Shown: positions 6,901 through 14,445 of the stretch, piece after piece | How the letters are laid out: each line of letters begins with the position of its first letter | Numbering within the stretch: the first letter of the stretch is position 1 | IMG/VR virus record: IMGVR_UViG_3300045988_060953 | Coordinates: 1 to 45,115 of that record | Strand: one strand, 5' to 3' | Source of the DNA: a virus | DNA length: 45,115 nt | Notes under the pieces: model-generated | Told to the model about the DNA's origin: nothing | Seen by the model: the letters and a program-made list of their open reading frames with translations, nothing else | Database searches by the model: none | Position numbers and translations under genes: made by a program

Positions 6901-9900
6901 AGGCTGGTCAGTCTCGTCCGCAACTTGCTGCTGGACAGTTTCAATGGCTTTCTGCACAGCGTCATTAGCTTTTTGAGTGGCTGTGTCCTCTGCGTTTGCA
7001 ATGGCTGTTTCCACGTCACTTTTGTACTGATCGAATTTTCGCTTGTTTTTGCCATTCGCTACACGGTCAACAGCGGTCTTGATGCTCTTCTGCGACTGCA
7101 TCACGGCGGTCTCCGGAGTGGTAAACTCCTGCGTCATTTGCAGCGCTTGCGCGTTCATGGTGTTGGACTCACTAATCCGCTGGGTAAACTTCATCTTCTG
7201 GGCAAGGGCCTGCTTGTACGCCTCTCCGCTCTTGTCCATATCGCCCAAAGCCAAATCCCACTCGCGTAGTACGCTTCCGGCCAGCGCGGTGTCATCGGCA
7301 TCCCACTGCTCTTTACTGGTCAAGCGGGACACGATCTCGTCACGGCTTTCGGTCTCCATGCTGTTGGCCGCAATCTTCATTCGGTCTGCGTTGCTTACGC
7401 GCTCGTGGGTAAACTTTTGCTCGCCGCCTTGATCTCTCTGCACAAGAGGTTGCAGGTAATCATTGTCAGTGTCGCGCGTCATATGGCTTTGGCTAGATAC
7501 TTCGGGGCGGTCAAACTGCCGTTGTGCCGCACCTACCGTATTGGGATGATCTTCCAGTGTGGGAATGAGTTCCTGTACGCGCTGCGTGGGCATCAGTTCC
7601 GGGATGGTAGTGGCGGCTGTGGAACCCTGAGATCCTGATTCTTGCTGCCCCAATTGCGCCCTCTCGTCCAAAACACTGCGCACTGTATCAAACACCGTGT
7701 CGAAGTCATCAACAAAATCGCCGAATATGCTTTTAGCCAATTCAGGCCGATAAGCATATCCGGCAATTTGAGCAGAGAGTTCTCGTCGGAATTTTGGAAG
7801 ATTGTCTAAATCCATGAAATCCGGGTTTCGTTCATCATACCCATGCAACACTTCGTACAAATCTGTGCCTTCTCTGTACGCATTGGGATTAACCCCGGAT
7901 TCTTTCAGAGCCGCATCCACACGCGCATACAGAGCGTGGTTTTTGTGTTGAATGTTGTGCATTACCTCATGGTCGATCATGGCGGTTACAGTGTCGGGGT
8001 CAAGGGCCGCCGCATTGTTCACTACGATCGTTCCGTCCGGAAGCGTAAACATAAGACTGTTATGTTCGTTACCATCCACATAAGCAGGGCCGTCACTCAC
8101 ATCAACATCTAGCCCGTACCGTTGCTTGGCATAGTCCGCCGCCGTTCGTACCGGTGCCGTGTAGTCAGCTGCATCTGGTTGACCGTAGGTGTATCGGTGA
8201 CCATTTATTTCCCGGACCCTTTCCGGCGTTCCTCCTCCAGGTACTCGGCGAACCTGTTCAGGAACTCCCGTATTTGCTGATCCTTTTCCGGAGAAGGCGG
8301 GTTTTTCCGGTGCTTTTCCCTCAGCTCGGCGATCATCTTCGGAGAAATCCACTCCATCGAGATTCCGTCGTCCATATCCTCCTCGTGTGCCAACTTCTTC
8401 ACCTCCATCCTGCATTGCGTTGGTTTCAGTATACGGACTGTTTTCAAAGTTGTCAAACGCTTCCGTCTGCGCTTCGCGGGCCATAGCCGCATCCAGCGAA
8501 TCGCCATACAGAATATGATCCGCCACATATGCGCGCGCAGCCTTCATGCTTTCGGTGTCTACCGCTTGTACGCCGTCCTTTAGTTGGTCATATTTCTGCA
8601 CAATTTCGGCAAAAGCATCTGCGGGGTGTGCAAACAAGTCAACATCCGGAAAAGCCTCTCCCAGTTCCATAACCGCCTGGTCAAGGCCACTCGTTGAAGA
8701 ATCTCCCGCTTTCACCAGATTCAGGCCATACCTGCGGTTGATTTCGGTTCTCGTCGCGCCCAGCGCGTTTTCAAGGTCGCTCAGTTCGGCATCTGTTACA
8801 CGCACCGGTTTTTTCAGAGCTTCCCGCAATGCACGCACATAGTCAGTATCCGTATTTTCTACAAAAGCACTTTCCGGAAATATTTTTTCCGCCAGCGCCT
8901 GAGCCTCTTGCTCAATCGTGGAAGTATCTTCTCCGTTTTGCACCGCATCCAGGAAACGGTCTCTAATGTCCGCCAGCTGGCGCGTATATACGCTTTTACC
9001 GTCTTTCCCTGTGATCTCTGCCGCAATGTCGCGCGATGTTGCTCCGCCAATGTATCCAGGATCCTCTGCGTGGTACCCAGCAGGAACATAACCCGCATCC
9101 TCACTTAAAGTGGGAATTGTCTGAATTTGCGCTTCGGCTTTCAGCGTCTTTCTCGTCTCGCTGCTGGTATCCGGCAGCTTCACGCCCGTGGCCTCTTCAA
9201 ACGCCTGCCGAAGTTCCCCGCCTGGTTTCAGCTGCTCAATCTGCGCGTTGGTCAGGTTGCCGTTATGGTATGCATCCACAACCGCATCAAGTCCGGGAAG
9301 CGCTTCTTGCCCGGCTTCCAAGGGCTGCCGTGCGGCTTCGGTGTCAGGTGATACCGGTTCTGCCTGCTGTACATCCGTGTCCACAGGGGCATTCTCTTGC
9401 GCTTCACGCAAACGATTCACGCCGCTGCCAATAAGAGAGCTTCCCGCCGCGCTGATTGCGCCGCCCAGTGCGCCGCCAAGTGCCTGCTGCCCAAGTTCAG
9501 CAAGGCTGAAGTTTGCATCCGGATCTCCGGCCAAAACGTCGAGGCCGTAGTCTGCTGCATACTCAGAGGCTTCCTGCCCACCTTCGCTCAGTGCTTGACG
9601 CGCCATTGCCCGCAGTACGCCGGGGCCGCCGCCCGCAATCAGTTCCGCACCCTGTTCAAGAGGGAGCTTATTGGTCACGCCAGAGACAGCACCGGACATT
9701 GCACCGCGAAGAACCGCTTGGTTAAGCGGAATACCGCGCTGTTCCAGTTCGTTCACCCGGTTGCCTGCCGCGCTTACGCCCATGAGGGTGGGAATCAAAA
9801 CGGGGGCAGCTTCTGGCACGGCCGCCGCAGCTGCAAAGGCAGGAAGGTTCTGCGCGACACTTCCGATTGTGCCAACCACGAATCGACCGGTGTTATCAAG

Positions 9901-11100
9901 GCCAGCCTGTGCTTTCTGGTTCTGATTTTGTGCGAAGTCCAGCATATTGCCGACAACTTGATTGCGCTCGGGGGTTACTTGATTTTCAGCCCGCACACCC
10001 TTTGCGCTTGCAATGCGGTCAAGCACCTGCTGGAATTCAGGCGTAGCGACAGGGCCGTTCGGAGTGTCGGTGTAGGCCCGGCCCATCTGAATGAGAGCGT
10101 CCCGCTGCTCGTTGGCTTCTTGCAGGTCGTCCGATGCCGCCTCATACTCCGGTATGTCCATACTTGCAGACTGGCCACGGATTGCGCGGGCCGTGGCATC
10201 GCCCATGTTCGCCACGCCAGCAGCAAAGCCGGAGACTGCACCAAGTCCGGTTGCGCCTGCACGGCCAGTAAAAGAGTCCACGCCCAACGCGGTTGCATAG
10301 GTGTCATGCTGGTTTTGCAGTTGCCGGTATTCTCGGGTTTTGGTCTTTCCCTGCTTTTGCAGCTCCCGCATCCGCTGGTTTGTTGCGGTCAGACGTGCAT
10401 CCAGCTCCTGTGTCGTGAAGTTCTGCTTCGCCACAGAGGCCCGGGTTTTGGTTCTAGATCTTTGTTTTGCTGCCGTTGCTTGCGGGGTTTGGTCGCCGCC
10501 TAGATCCACGCTGTCCTCGGCAGACACGCCGCCACGCGCGGCCTTCATCCGGTTGTGCAGCGCAGTGCCTTGCACAACGCCGTCTTTGACGGCAGAAGGG
10601 CCTTTTTTTACGAGAGCTGCTGCGCCTTCTTTGATTGCGCTCCACAGGCCCTTCTTCTTTGCGCTGTCGTCCTTGACGCCGTTGTTGGTGTTGCCGGTGC
10701 CGCCGCTCTGGTTGCTGGTGCCGCCGCTCTGGTTGCCGGAGTTCGACGATTCTTCTGCCTTTTTGCGTTCGTCCTCCGCCTTTTTCTTTGCTTCCTTCGC
10801 GGCTTTCGCTGCGGCTTTTGCGGCTGCCTTTGCTTCTTTTTCTGCGGCTGCCTGGGCTGCCTTCGCTTCCTTCTCACGCTGTGCTTCAACGGCTGCCAGC
10901 TGCTTTGTGTAGGCCGTTGTAAAGCTGTTGGCGATGTCTCCATAGTCGGGCAGAGTTGTGGGCGCAGCGTTCATGGCTTGCTGGCCGGTGTACCGGGCGC
11001 TGCTCATGCCCGTTTTGCCGCTGTTTATGGCGTTCTGCTGGGCCTTTGCATAGTTTTTAAGGTAGGCGTTCAGAAACGCTTCCTGATCAGAATAGGGCAT
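3913..11100 (-). CDS. Giant (2395 aa) polyvalent virion/ejection-type protein with a zincin HExxH domain
   Basis: RBS AAGGAGGA. N-terminal Ala/Lys-rich coiled region and a G/N/S low-complexity tract. HEVMH (TAMIDHEVMHNIQHKNH) encoded at 7957-7971. Long alpha-rich C-terminal half. No tail tube, sheath or chaperone genes are nearby, so a tape-measure call is not supported. Confidence 0.6.
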   Translation of the reverse strand: MPYSDQEAFLNAYLKNYAKAQQNAINSGKTGMSSARYTGQQAMNAAPTTLPDYGDIANSFTTAYTKQLAAVEAQREKEAKAAQAAAEKEAKAAAKAAAKAAKEAKKKAEDERKKAEESSNSGNQSGGTSNQSGGTGNTNNGVKDDSAKKKGLWSAIKEGAAALVKKGPSAVKDGVVQGTALHNRMKAARGGVSAEDSVDLGGDQTPQATAAKQRSRTKTRASVAKQNFTTQELDARLTATNQRMRELQKQGKTKTREYRQLQNQHDTYATALGVDSFTGRAGATGLGAVSGFAAGVANMGDATARAIRGQSASMDIPEYEAASDDLQEANEQRDALIQMGRAYTDTPNGPVATPEFQQVLDRIASAKGVRAENQVTPERNQVVGNMLDFAQNQNQKAQAGLDNTGRFVVGTIGSVAQNLPAFAAAAAVPEAAPVLIPTLMGVSAAGNRVNELEQRGIPLNQAVLRGAMSGAVSGVTNKLPLEQGAELIAGGGPGVLRAMARQALSEGGQEASEYAADYGLDVLAGDPDANFSLAELGQQALGGALGGAISAAGSSLIGSGVNRLREAQENAPVDTDVQQAEPVSPDTEAARQPLEAGQEALPGLDAVVDAYHNGNLTNAQIEQLKPGGELRQAFEEATGVKLPDTSSETRKTLKAEAQIQTIPTLSEDAGYVPAGYHAEDPGYIGGATSRDIAAEITGKDGKSVYTRQLADIRDRFLDAVQNGEDTSTIEQEAQALAEKIFPESAFVENTDTDYVRALREALKKPVRVTDAELSDLENALGATRTEINRRYGLNLVKAGDSSTSGLDQAVMELGEAFPDVDLFAHPADAFAEIVQKYDQLKDGVQAVDTESMKAARAYVADHILYGDSLDAAMAREAQTEAFDNFENSPYTETNAMQDGGEEVGTRGGYGRRNLDGVDFSEDDRRAEGKAPEKPAFSGKGSANTGVPEQVRRVPGGGTPERVREINGHRYTYGQPDAADYTAPVRTAADYAKQRYGLDVDVSDGPAYVDGNEHNSLMFTLPDGTIVVNNAAALDPDTVTAMIDHEVMHNIQHKNHALYARVDAALKESGVNPNAYREGTDLYEVLHGYDERNPDFMDLDNLPKFRRELSAQIAGYAYRPELAKSIFGDFVDDFDTVFDTVRSVLDERAQLGQQESGSQGSTAATTIPELMPTQRVQELIPTLEDHPNTVGAAQRQFDRPEVSSQSHMTRDTDNDYLQPLVQRDQGGEQKFTHERVSNADRMKIAANSMETESRDEIVSRLTSKEQWDADDTALAGSVLREWDLALGDMDKSGEAYKQALAQKMKFTQRISESNTMNAQALQMTQEFTTPETAVMQSQKSIKTAVDRVANGKNKRKFDQYKSDVETAIANAEDTATQKANDAVQKAIETVQQQVADETDQPSVEDVLGRKLAAAVNRYATDGKEASVEDVVQSEMLSQLTKMATSDTEKGARPKKPKLTVEQKLQTALDNQETYTQAWEAAKEALVERYKDNADMSSRLQAFFNDAGESGLYGKDTIKQLVSKYTKDQGIDFKTLVKKGRRDKQSTLREIQERIQDTFDMDDTQAQRIAEMAMNEYSKALSEAADANLKAIRGGKGKTSKSTHDQFLGLLRMGIYDNEDVKAYAASKFGVQPLTAEQCQQILDLTEQAEALPANSRERVDLENKAATIAAKNVTSSWWDTINSLRFTSMLLNARTNLVNAGGNITQGANARMKDIVLAGEEVLVNKVLDLPFAKKHNWRDKSGFERTTSIVSAFTPKGRALLSACAADADANYRQLATGSDKIDFAQSMQQKGNLWQSHLTDDSGTIVRGLFAYLDGRAEASSKSLESGDYKGFFGMLDGLRGINKQMDSAIDWVTSQCDKSTQAGVLGVAGLKNNYARSLAQYLKANGLDQSIFSATDEASMQILDKARAHALTQAFINTFHADSETATIIAKGKRSLAEADGWHHKFFYALAEGELPFVKTPINVAKQAMQYSPLGFASTAIEGAKVATGSGNFNVMLDHAAASVTGTSLFVLGAILARKGLLTGGIDDDDKVKADMEGRQEYSLQLADENGKLHSYTISWANSVAIPMLAGAEFANLTTDDDVSLNDIYDATTHMLEPLITNTFLQGMNNSFENLRYSRDGFIPGLTREAITGYATQYVPTSLGQVARTIDPIRRSTYSGTTGIESDLGYTANKMRNKIPFLSQTSQPYIDAFGDTEENPGGNFVGRLAYNMFSPGYYSETTDDPVQLGLLDLANSTGNDEVIPELAEKKLSWTVDKEKHTYQLSPQEYTDFATQQGQLRKDMAEAVLDSRYTEEQQVELIPELYGTAGKIAALDIVPDFSVGTEERKRVDIYNQYGIDGLMNWIAYRKYANTDGKTGINQSEARAWLNDSDMSDAMKDAFWAASSSNWKSSR
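10696..10737. repeat. 2 x 21-bp tandem repeat inside the giant gene
   Basis: GGTGCCGCCGCTCTGGTTGC(T/C) occurs twice in tandem. It encodes SGNQSGGTSNQSGGTGN. An adjacent GC(G/T)GC-rich tract encodes (A/K/E)n. Confidence 0.9.
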
Positions 11101-11159
11101 GGAGTCCTCCTTATTTCAAAAAAATCCCGGCCGTGTTTCAGGCCGGGCGGAGAATGAAA

Positions 11160-11936
11160 TCAGTTGTAATAGTCCTCGTCGTCGTAACCCATCAGCTTAC
11201 GTAGCCATGCGCTTACGTTGCCAGCGTTGCCGCCGCTTCCCTGCGTGATGTTTACGCTTGCAGGGGTGTTAGTGGCCACAAGGTTTGCCAGCGTGGGGGC
11301 AAGGTTGGAGAGCTGCGCAGCGTCTCCGCTGGCCCGCTGGGCTTCCAGCTGTGCAAGGTTGTTTTGGTAGGTGTTCTGCAAGGTGGCCAGTTGCTTCAAG
11401 CGCTCGGTTTCCAGCTGGTTCCGGGCGTTGCCGTAGTTGTTGTTCATGCTGGCCAGTGTGGTTTCAGAAGCTCCACCGTTCAGGCCTTGAGCGCTCATCT
11501 GCTGGGGCAGGTTGCGGAGGGTCTGCATTTTGTTGATGTAAGCTTGTTTCAGCGCGTCATTGGTGGTGTCGGTCAGCTGATTTGTGGCAAAGCTGAGGTT
11601 TTCCTTCTGGGCTGCCGCTGCCTTTTGATACGCTGCTTCCCGCTGTCGCCGCTGTTCTGCCATGATAGAGGCCAATGCATCTGCATATGCGTCCGCATAG
11701 CTGGGGCCACTGGAAGCGGGTGCGGCCTGAGCGGCAGGTGCAGAATAAGAGGATCCGCCCGAATAGCTTGCCTTTTTGCTGGAATTTGCGCTTGTGCTTT
11801 TCTTTACCGGTGGGAGGTTGCTTGTGTAATTGGGCCTGCTTGTCAGATATTGCCCCGGAACCTTTTTCCCAGTCACGCGATCAACCGTGTTACCGTTCTT
11901 GTCAGACATAACAAAAGGGTTGTAATGAAGAGCCAT
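11160..11936 (-). CDS. Hypothetical virion-associated protein (Ser/Ala-rich N-terminus, Q/N-rich coiled coil)
   Basis: 258 aa. RBS AAAGGATGGG. No recognisable motif. Sits immediately upstream of the giant gene. Confidence 0.5.
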   Translation of the reverse strand: MALHYNPFVMSDKNGNTVDRVTGKKVPGQYLTSRPNYTSNLPPVKKSTSANSSKKASYSGGSSYSAPAAQAAPASSGPSYADAYADALASIMAEQRRQREAAYQKAAAAQKENLSFATNQLTDTTNDALKQAYINKMQTLRNLPQQMSAQGLNGGASETTLASMNNNYGNARNQLETERLKQLATLQNTYQNNLAQLEAQRASGDAAQLSNLAPTLANLVATNTPASVNITQGSGGNAGNVSAWLRKLMGYDDEDYYN

Positions 11937-11954
11937 ATTCCCATCCTTTCTAGA

Positions 11955-11987
11955 TAAAAAAGCTCCAAGGATTTCTCCTCAGAGCTT
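11955..11987 (-). terminator. Rho-independent terminator after the ferritin-like gene
   Basis: Minus strand reads AAGCTC...GAGCTT stem (with an inner AGG/CCT extension) followed by TTTTTT (the A-run at 11956-11961 on the plus strand). Confidence 0.6.
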
Positions 11988-11991
11988 GCTG

Positions 11992-12561
11992 TCAGGAAAA
12001 CGCTTCTCCGATTTCCTGCAATTTGTGTTTGTACTTTCGGTGCAACGCGGGTTGTCTGTCGAGAATCGCGGTCATATCATAATCAACTGCTTCCAAGTCA
12101 ATCATCATGCCCGTTGCGGTTTTCAATTCGTCCGCCACGTCCTGTGCCATGCGTCCGATGTAGTCAGCGCACACAATGTCTCCGGTGCTGTAAAGCGCTT
12201 GTGCGTGTGCCTGCAAGCTGCTCACCGTGCTGGATTCCCAATTCACCCAGCGCTTGAACAAGTCCTTTACAGCCATGCGCTTTATGCCTGTGTCAACTTC
12301 AAGCCGGGTTCGCCCCATCCAGCTTTCCGGAAGAATCGCCGGATTGCTCGCGTGTGCGCCAGGTATTATGCGGTTATACCGCTCAATGTAATATCGCACC
12401 ATGTTTCGGTGTTCGGCGGCCTCATCCATAAAGCGGAACTCTTGCAGGCGCTTGTAACCGTCCAGGTGCAGGAACGTGAAGCACTGTGCCATTTGGTCGT
12501 GCAACATAATGCCTTCGATTTGGCGAGACGATATAGCGGAGAAGATTTCTTCTCTGGTCAT
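11992..12561 (-). CDS. Ferritin-like four-helix-bundle protein
   Basis: 189 aa. SRQIEGIMLHDQMAQCFTFLHLDGYKRLQEFRFMDEAAEHRNMVRYYIE aligns by eye to the ferritin A/B helices (E...Y...ExxH ferroxidase ligands, compare FtnA LELYSS...AQEEMTHM). Later Glu residues occur in NWESS and DVADELK. Confidence 0.5.
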   Translation of the reverse strand: MTREEIFSAISSRQIEGIMLHDQMAQCFTFLHLDGYKRLQEFRFMDEAAEHRNMVRYYIERYNRIIPGAHASNPAILPESWMGRTRLEVDTGIKRMAVKDLFKRWVNWESSTVSSLQAHAQALYSTGDIVCADYIGRMAQDVADELKTATGMMIDLEAVDYDMTAILDRQPALHRKYKHKLQEIGEAFS

Positions 12562-12564
12562 GCC

Positions 12565-12906
12565 TCAGCCCTCCATAATCATGCGCACCAGCGTGTCCAC
12601 ATCCCCACGGTGGAAGGTCATTCTGCCAAGTACAGGCACATCAACCTTCAAGCCGTTGTCGGGAATGCTTTCCCGTGCCGCATCTGCCGCCAGATCAATA
12701 TCCAACTGGCCGTCAGCAGTCAGCCCAAACGCCTTCGCAATGGGGTTTTCTGCAAGAGAATTCATGGCGTTGCCGCTTCGAGCGACAAACACATATTTTG
12801 CCGCATTTGCTGCAAACCGTCCCAGACTTCCTTCCGGCAGTCGGCTAATGATCTCTTGCTCCATATAGCGGTTAATGCCCCGCTGTACCATGTCCATGCT
12901 AACCAT
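12565..12906 (-). CDS. Hypothetical protein
   Basis: 113 aa from ATG 12906 (RBS AAGGAGGA). The track's TTG at 12921 is less likely. No motif recognised. Confidence 0.5.
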   Translation of the reverse strand: MVSMDMVQRGINRYMEQEIISRLPEGSLGRFAANAAKYVFVARSGNAMNSLAENPIAKAFGLTADGQLDIDLAADAARESIPDNGLKVDVPVLGRMTFHRGDVDTLVRMIMEG

Positions 12907-12959
12907 AACATCCTCCTTCAAAGAGAATGGGGGCGAAGCCTAGCCCCGCCCCCATCGGC

Positions 12960-13526
12960 TCAGTTCCCGTTGCAGCACTCGCCGCACTTAGGCAGCGGAT
13001 TGTAAAGGGTCTGTGCGGTGGTGGTGGTTCCCGTGGTCACGTCCGCAACCATCTTCGGGTAGAAGGTGGCGTTCGCGTAGTTCACGATGGAGTTATCACC
13101 GCAGCAGCGCCGCTCGGCTTCCAGCTTGATTTTCTCGGTCAGGCTGTCGCGCACAGTGGCAATGTCCTGACGGGCCAGTACAAAGCTATCCTCGGTTTTC
13201 TGGTTGTGGACAGCTTGCGCAGCCTGCACTTCCTCAATGCCGCGCAGCCGCCCGTCAATGTACTTGTACATCTCCAGCGACTTCTGGTCATTGTGGGTGT
13301 TCGCGTCGCGCAGTGCAATGTCGGATTCCAGCTTTGCGTTCTTTTGCACGAGATCGAGCTCGTACCGGTTGATCGTCTGGTTCTCGTTGCACTCGGCACC
13401 ACGCCCGCCGTTCAGCGCCATGGCCCCAATGCCACCTGCAGAGTTCAGCACGCTAAGGATAGCTGCGCCAATGGCTGTTGCCAGGCCAGCGTTTGCCACG
13501 CCTCTGGATGCATAAGTCATTTCCAT
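12960..13526 (-). CDS. Hypothetical protein: Gly/Ala-rich hydrophobic N-terminus, coiled coil, Cys-rich C-terminus
   Basis: 188 aa. RBS AAAGGAGAA. N-terminus GVANAGLATAIGAAILSVLNSAGGIGAMALNGG. C-terminus RRCCGD...PKCGECCNGN. Confidence 0.5.
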   Translation of the reverse strand: MEMTYASRGVANAGLATAIGAAILSVLNSAGGIGAMALNGGRGAECNENQTINRYELDLVQKNAKLESDIALRDANTHNDQKSLEMYKYIDGRLRGIEEVQAAQAVHNQKTEDSFVLARQDIATVRDSLTEKIKLEAERRCCGDNSIVNYANATFYPKMVADVTTGTTTTAQTLYNPLPKCGECCNGN

Positions 13527-13552
13527 ACGGTTTTCTCCTTTCGTTTGGTTCG

Positions 13553-13586
13553 TATATCAGGGGAGGCGTTTTCCTCCCCTGATATA
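13553..13586. promoter_or_regulatory. Perfect 14-bp-stem hairpin in the leader of the post-lysis gene block
   Basis: TATATCAGGGGAGG-CGTTTT-CCTCCCCTGATATA. No U-tract on either strand. Lies between the sigma-like gene and the RBS of the 188-aa gene. Confidence 0.6.
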
Positions 13587-13657
13587 ATCCTACACCATCC
13601 AAAAGACGTAAAACCGTACTTTTTAATTCGTATTGTTATACAACTTTTGACCAAAAG

Positions 13658-13933
13658 TTAGTGCGTGTCCATGTATGTTTCTTTCGAGCTGGTTTTGCGC
13701 GGAGGTAAAATAGCGCTGTATCTTTGCACACCATCGTACTTTTCCTTTAGCCGCGCGGTGATTTTGTCCACCTTCGCCAGAGACATTCCAAGTTTCATGG
13801 ACTGCTCAACTCTAGTCCACCCAGCAACCCGTGTCCGCATCACCGCTTCTTCGTCCTTAGACAAGATGGCGAGACGTATAAACTCCTCAAGAATGATTTT
13901 ATTCCAGGGGATCTGGTGCGCCACATCAATCAC
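13658..13933 (-). CDS. Small sigma-70 region-4 / LuxR-like HTH regulator
   Basis: 91 aa. LSKDEEAVMRTRVAGWTRVEQSMKLGMSLAKVDKITARLKEKY resembles a region-4 HTH. Overlaps the holin stop by 4 nt. Confidence 0.5.
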   Translation of the reverse strand: MIDVAHQIPWNKIILEEFIRLAILSKDEEAVMRTRVAGWTRVEQSMKLGMSLAKVDKITARLKEKYDGVQRYSAILPPRKTSSKETYMDTH

Positions 13934-14190
13934 TCCCCGCCAAGCAGCTGCTTAAACACCTGGTGCAGACCGGTGGACGCAAGACCAGATGCAAGGCCCG
14001 ACAAAATCACACCAGCGTCCACGGCAGGCCAGTGCATCCACACGGCCAGAATCACGCCCAGAACAGCGCACATAGTGGGGATGTACTTGTTGTCAACATC
14101 CTTCACCCACGACTTCACGACATAGCCCACGCACAGGCAGATACCCACGATAACAGGAACCATGTACTCGGAAATGAACGAAATATCCAT
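13930..14190 (-). CDS. Holin (LL-H / phage_holin_5-like, multi-TM)
   Basis: 86 aa. TM segments VPVIVGICLCVGYVV, IPTMCAVLGVILAVWM and AGVILSGLASGLASTGL. NKYIP motif and charged C-terminus. Confidence 0.7.
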   Translation of the reverse strand: MDISFISEYMVPVIVGICLCVGYVVKSWVKDVDNKYIPTMCAVLGVILAVWMHWPAVDAGVILSGLASGLASTGLHQVFKQLLGGE

Positions 14191-14192
14191 AA

Positions 14193-14444
14193 TTATTCCT
14201 CCTCCAGCGCTTTAAGACGCTGCTCATGCTGGGCCAGCTCCTTGTCGTGGCAGTCCAGCCGCTTGTAAAAAATTTTGTGACTTTCGCGGTTTTCGCCTTC
14301 CAGCTTGTCCAACGCTCGCTGGAAGTTGTCCACTGCGACTGTCAGCTTTGTAATGTTGCTGTTGAGCTTGATGAGCGGGCCGCTCACAGAGCCGATCAGC
14401 CCTACAAGCACAACAACAACGCCAACCACCGTCCATTCTTGCAT
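14193..14444 (-). CDS. BhlA/UviB-like holin-type protein (N-terminal TM plus coiled coil)
   Basis: 83 aa. TM segment WTVVGVVVVLVGLIGSV followed by a heptad-rich charged tail. Sits between the endolysin and the holin. Confidence 0.55.
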   Translation of the reverse strand: MQEWTVVGVVVVLVGLIGSVSGPLIKLNSNITKLTVAVDNFQRALDKLEGENRESHKIFYKRLDCHDKELAQHEQRLKALEEE

Positions 14445-14445
14445 A

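Noticed and set aside
3913-11100. Calling the giant gene a tape measure protein.
   Set aside because: No tail tube, sheath or chaperone-frameshift genes are present. The gene is downstream of the lysis cassette and carries a zincin motif. An internal/ejection polyvalent protein fits better, although this remains unverified.
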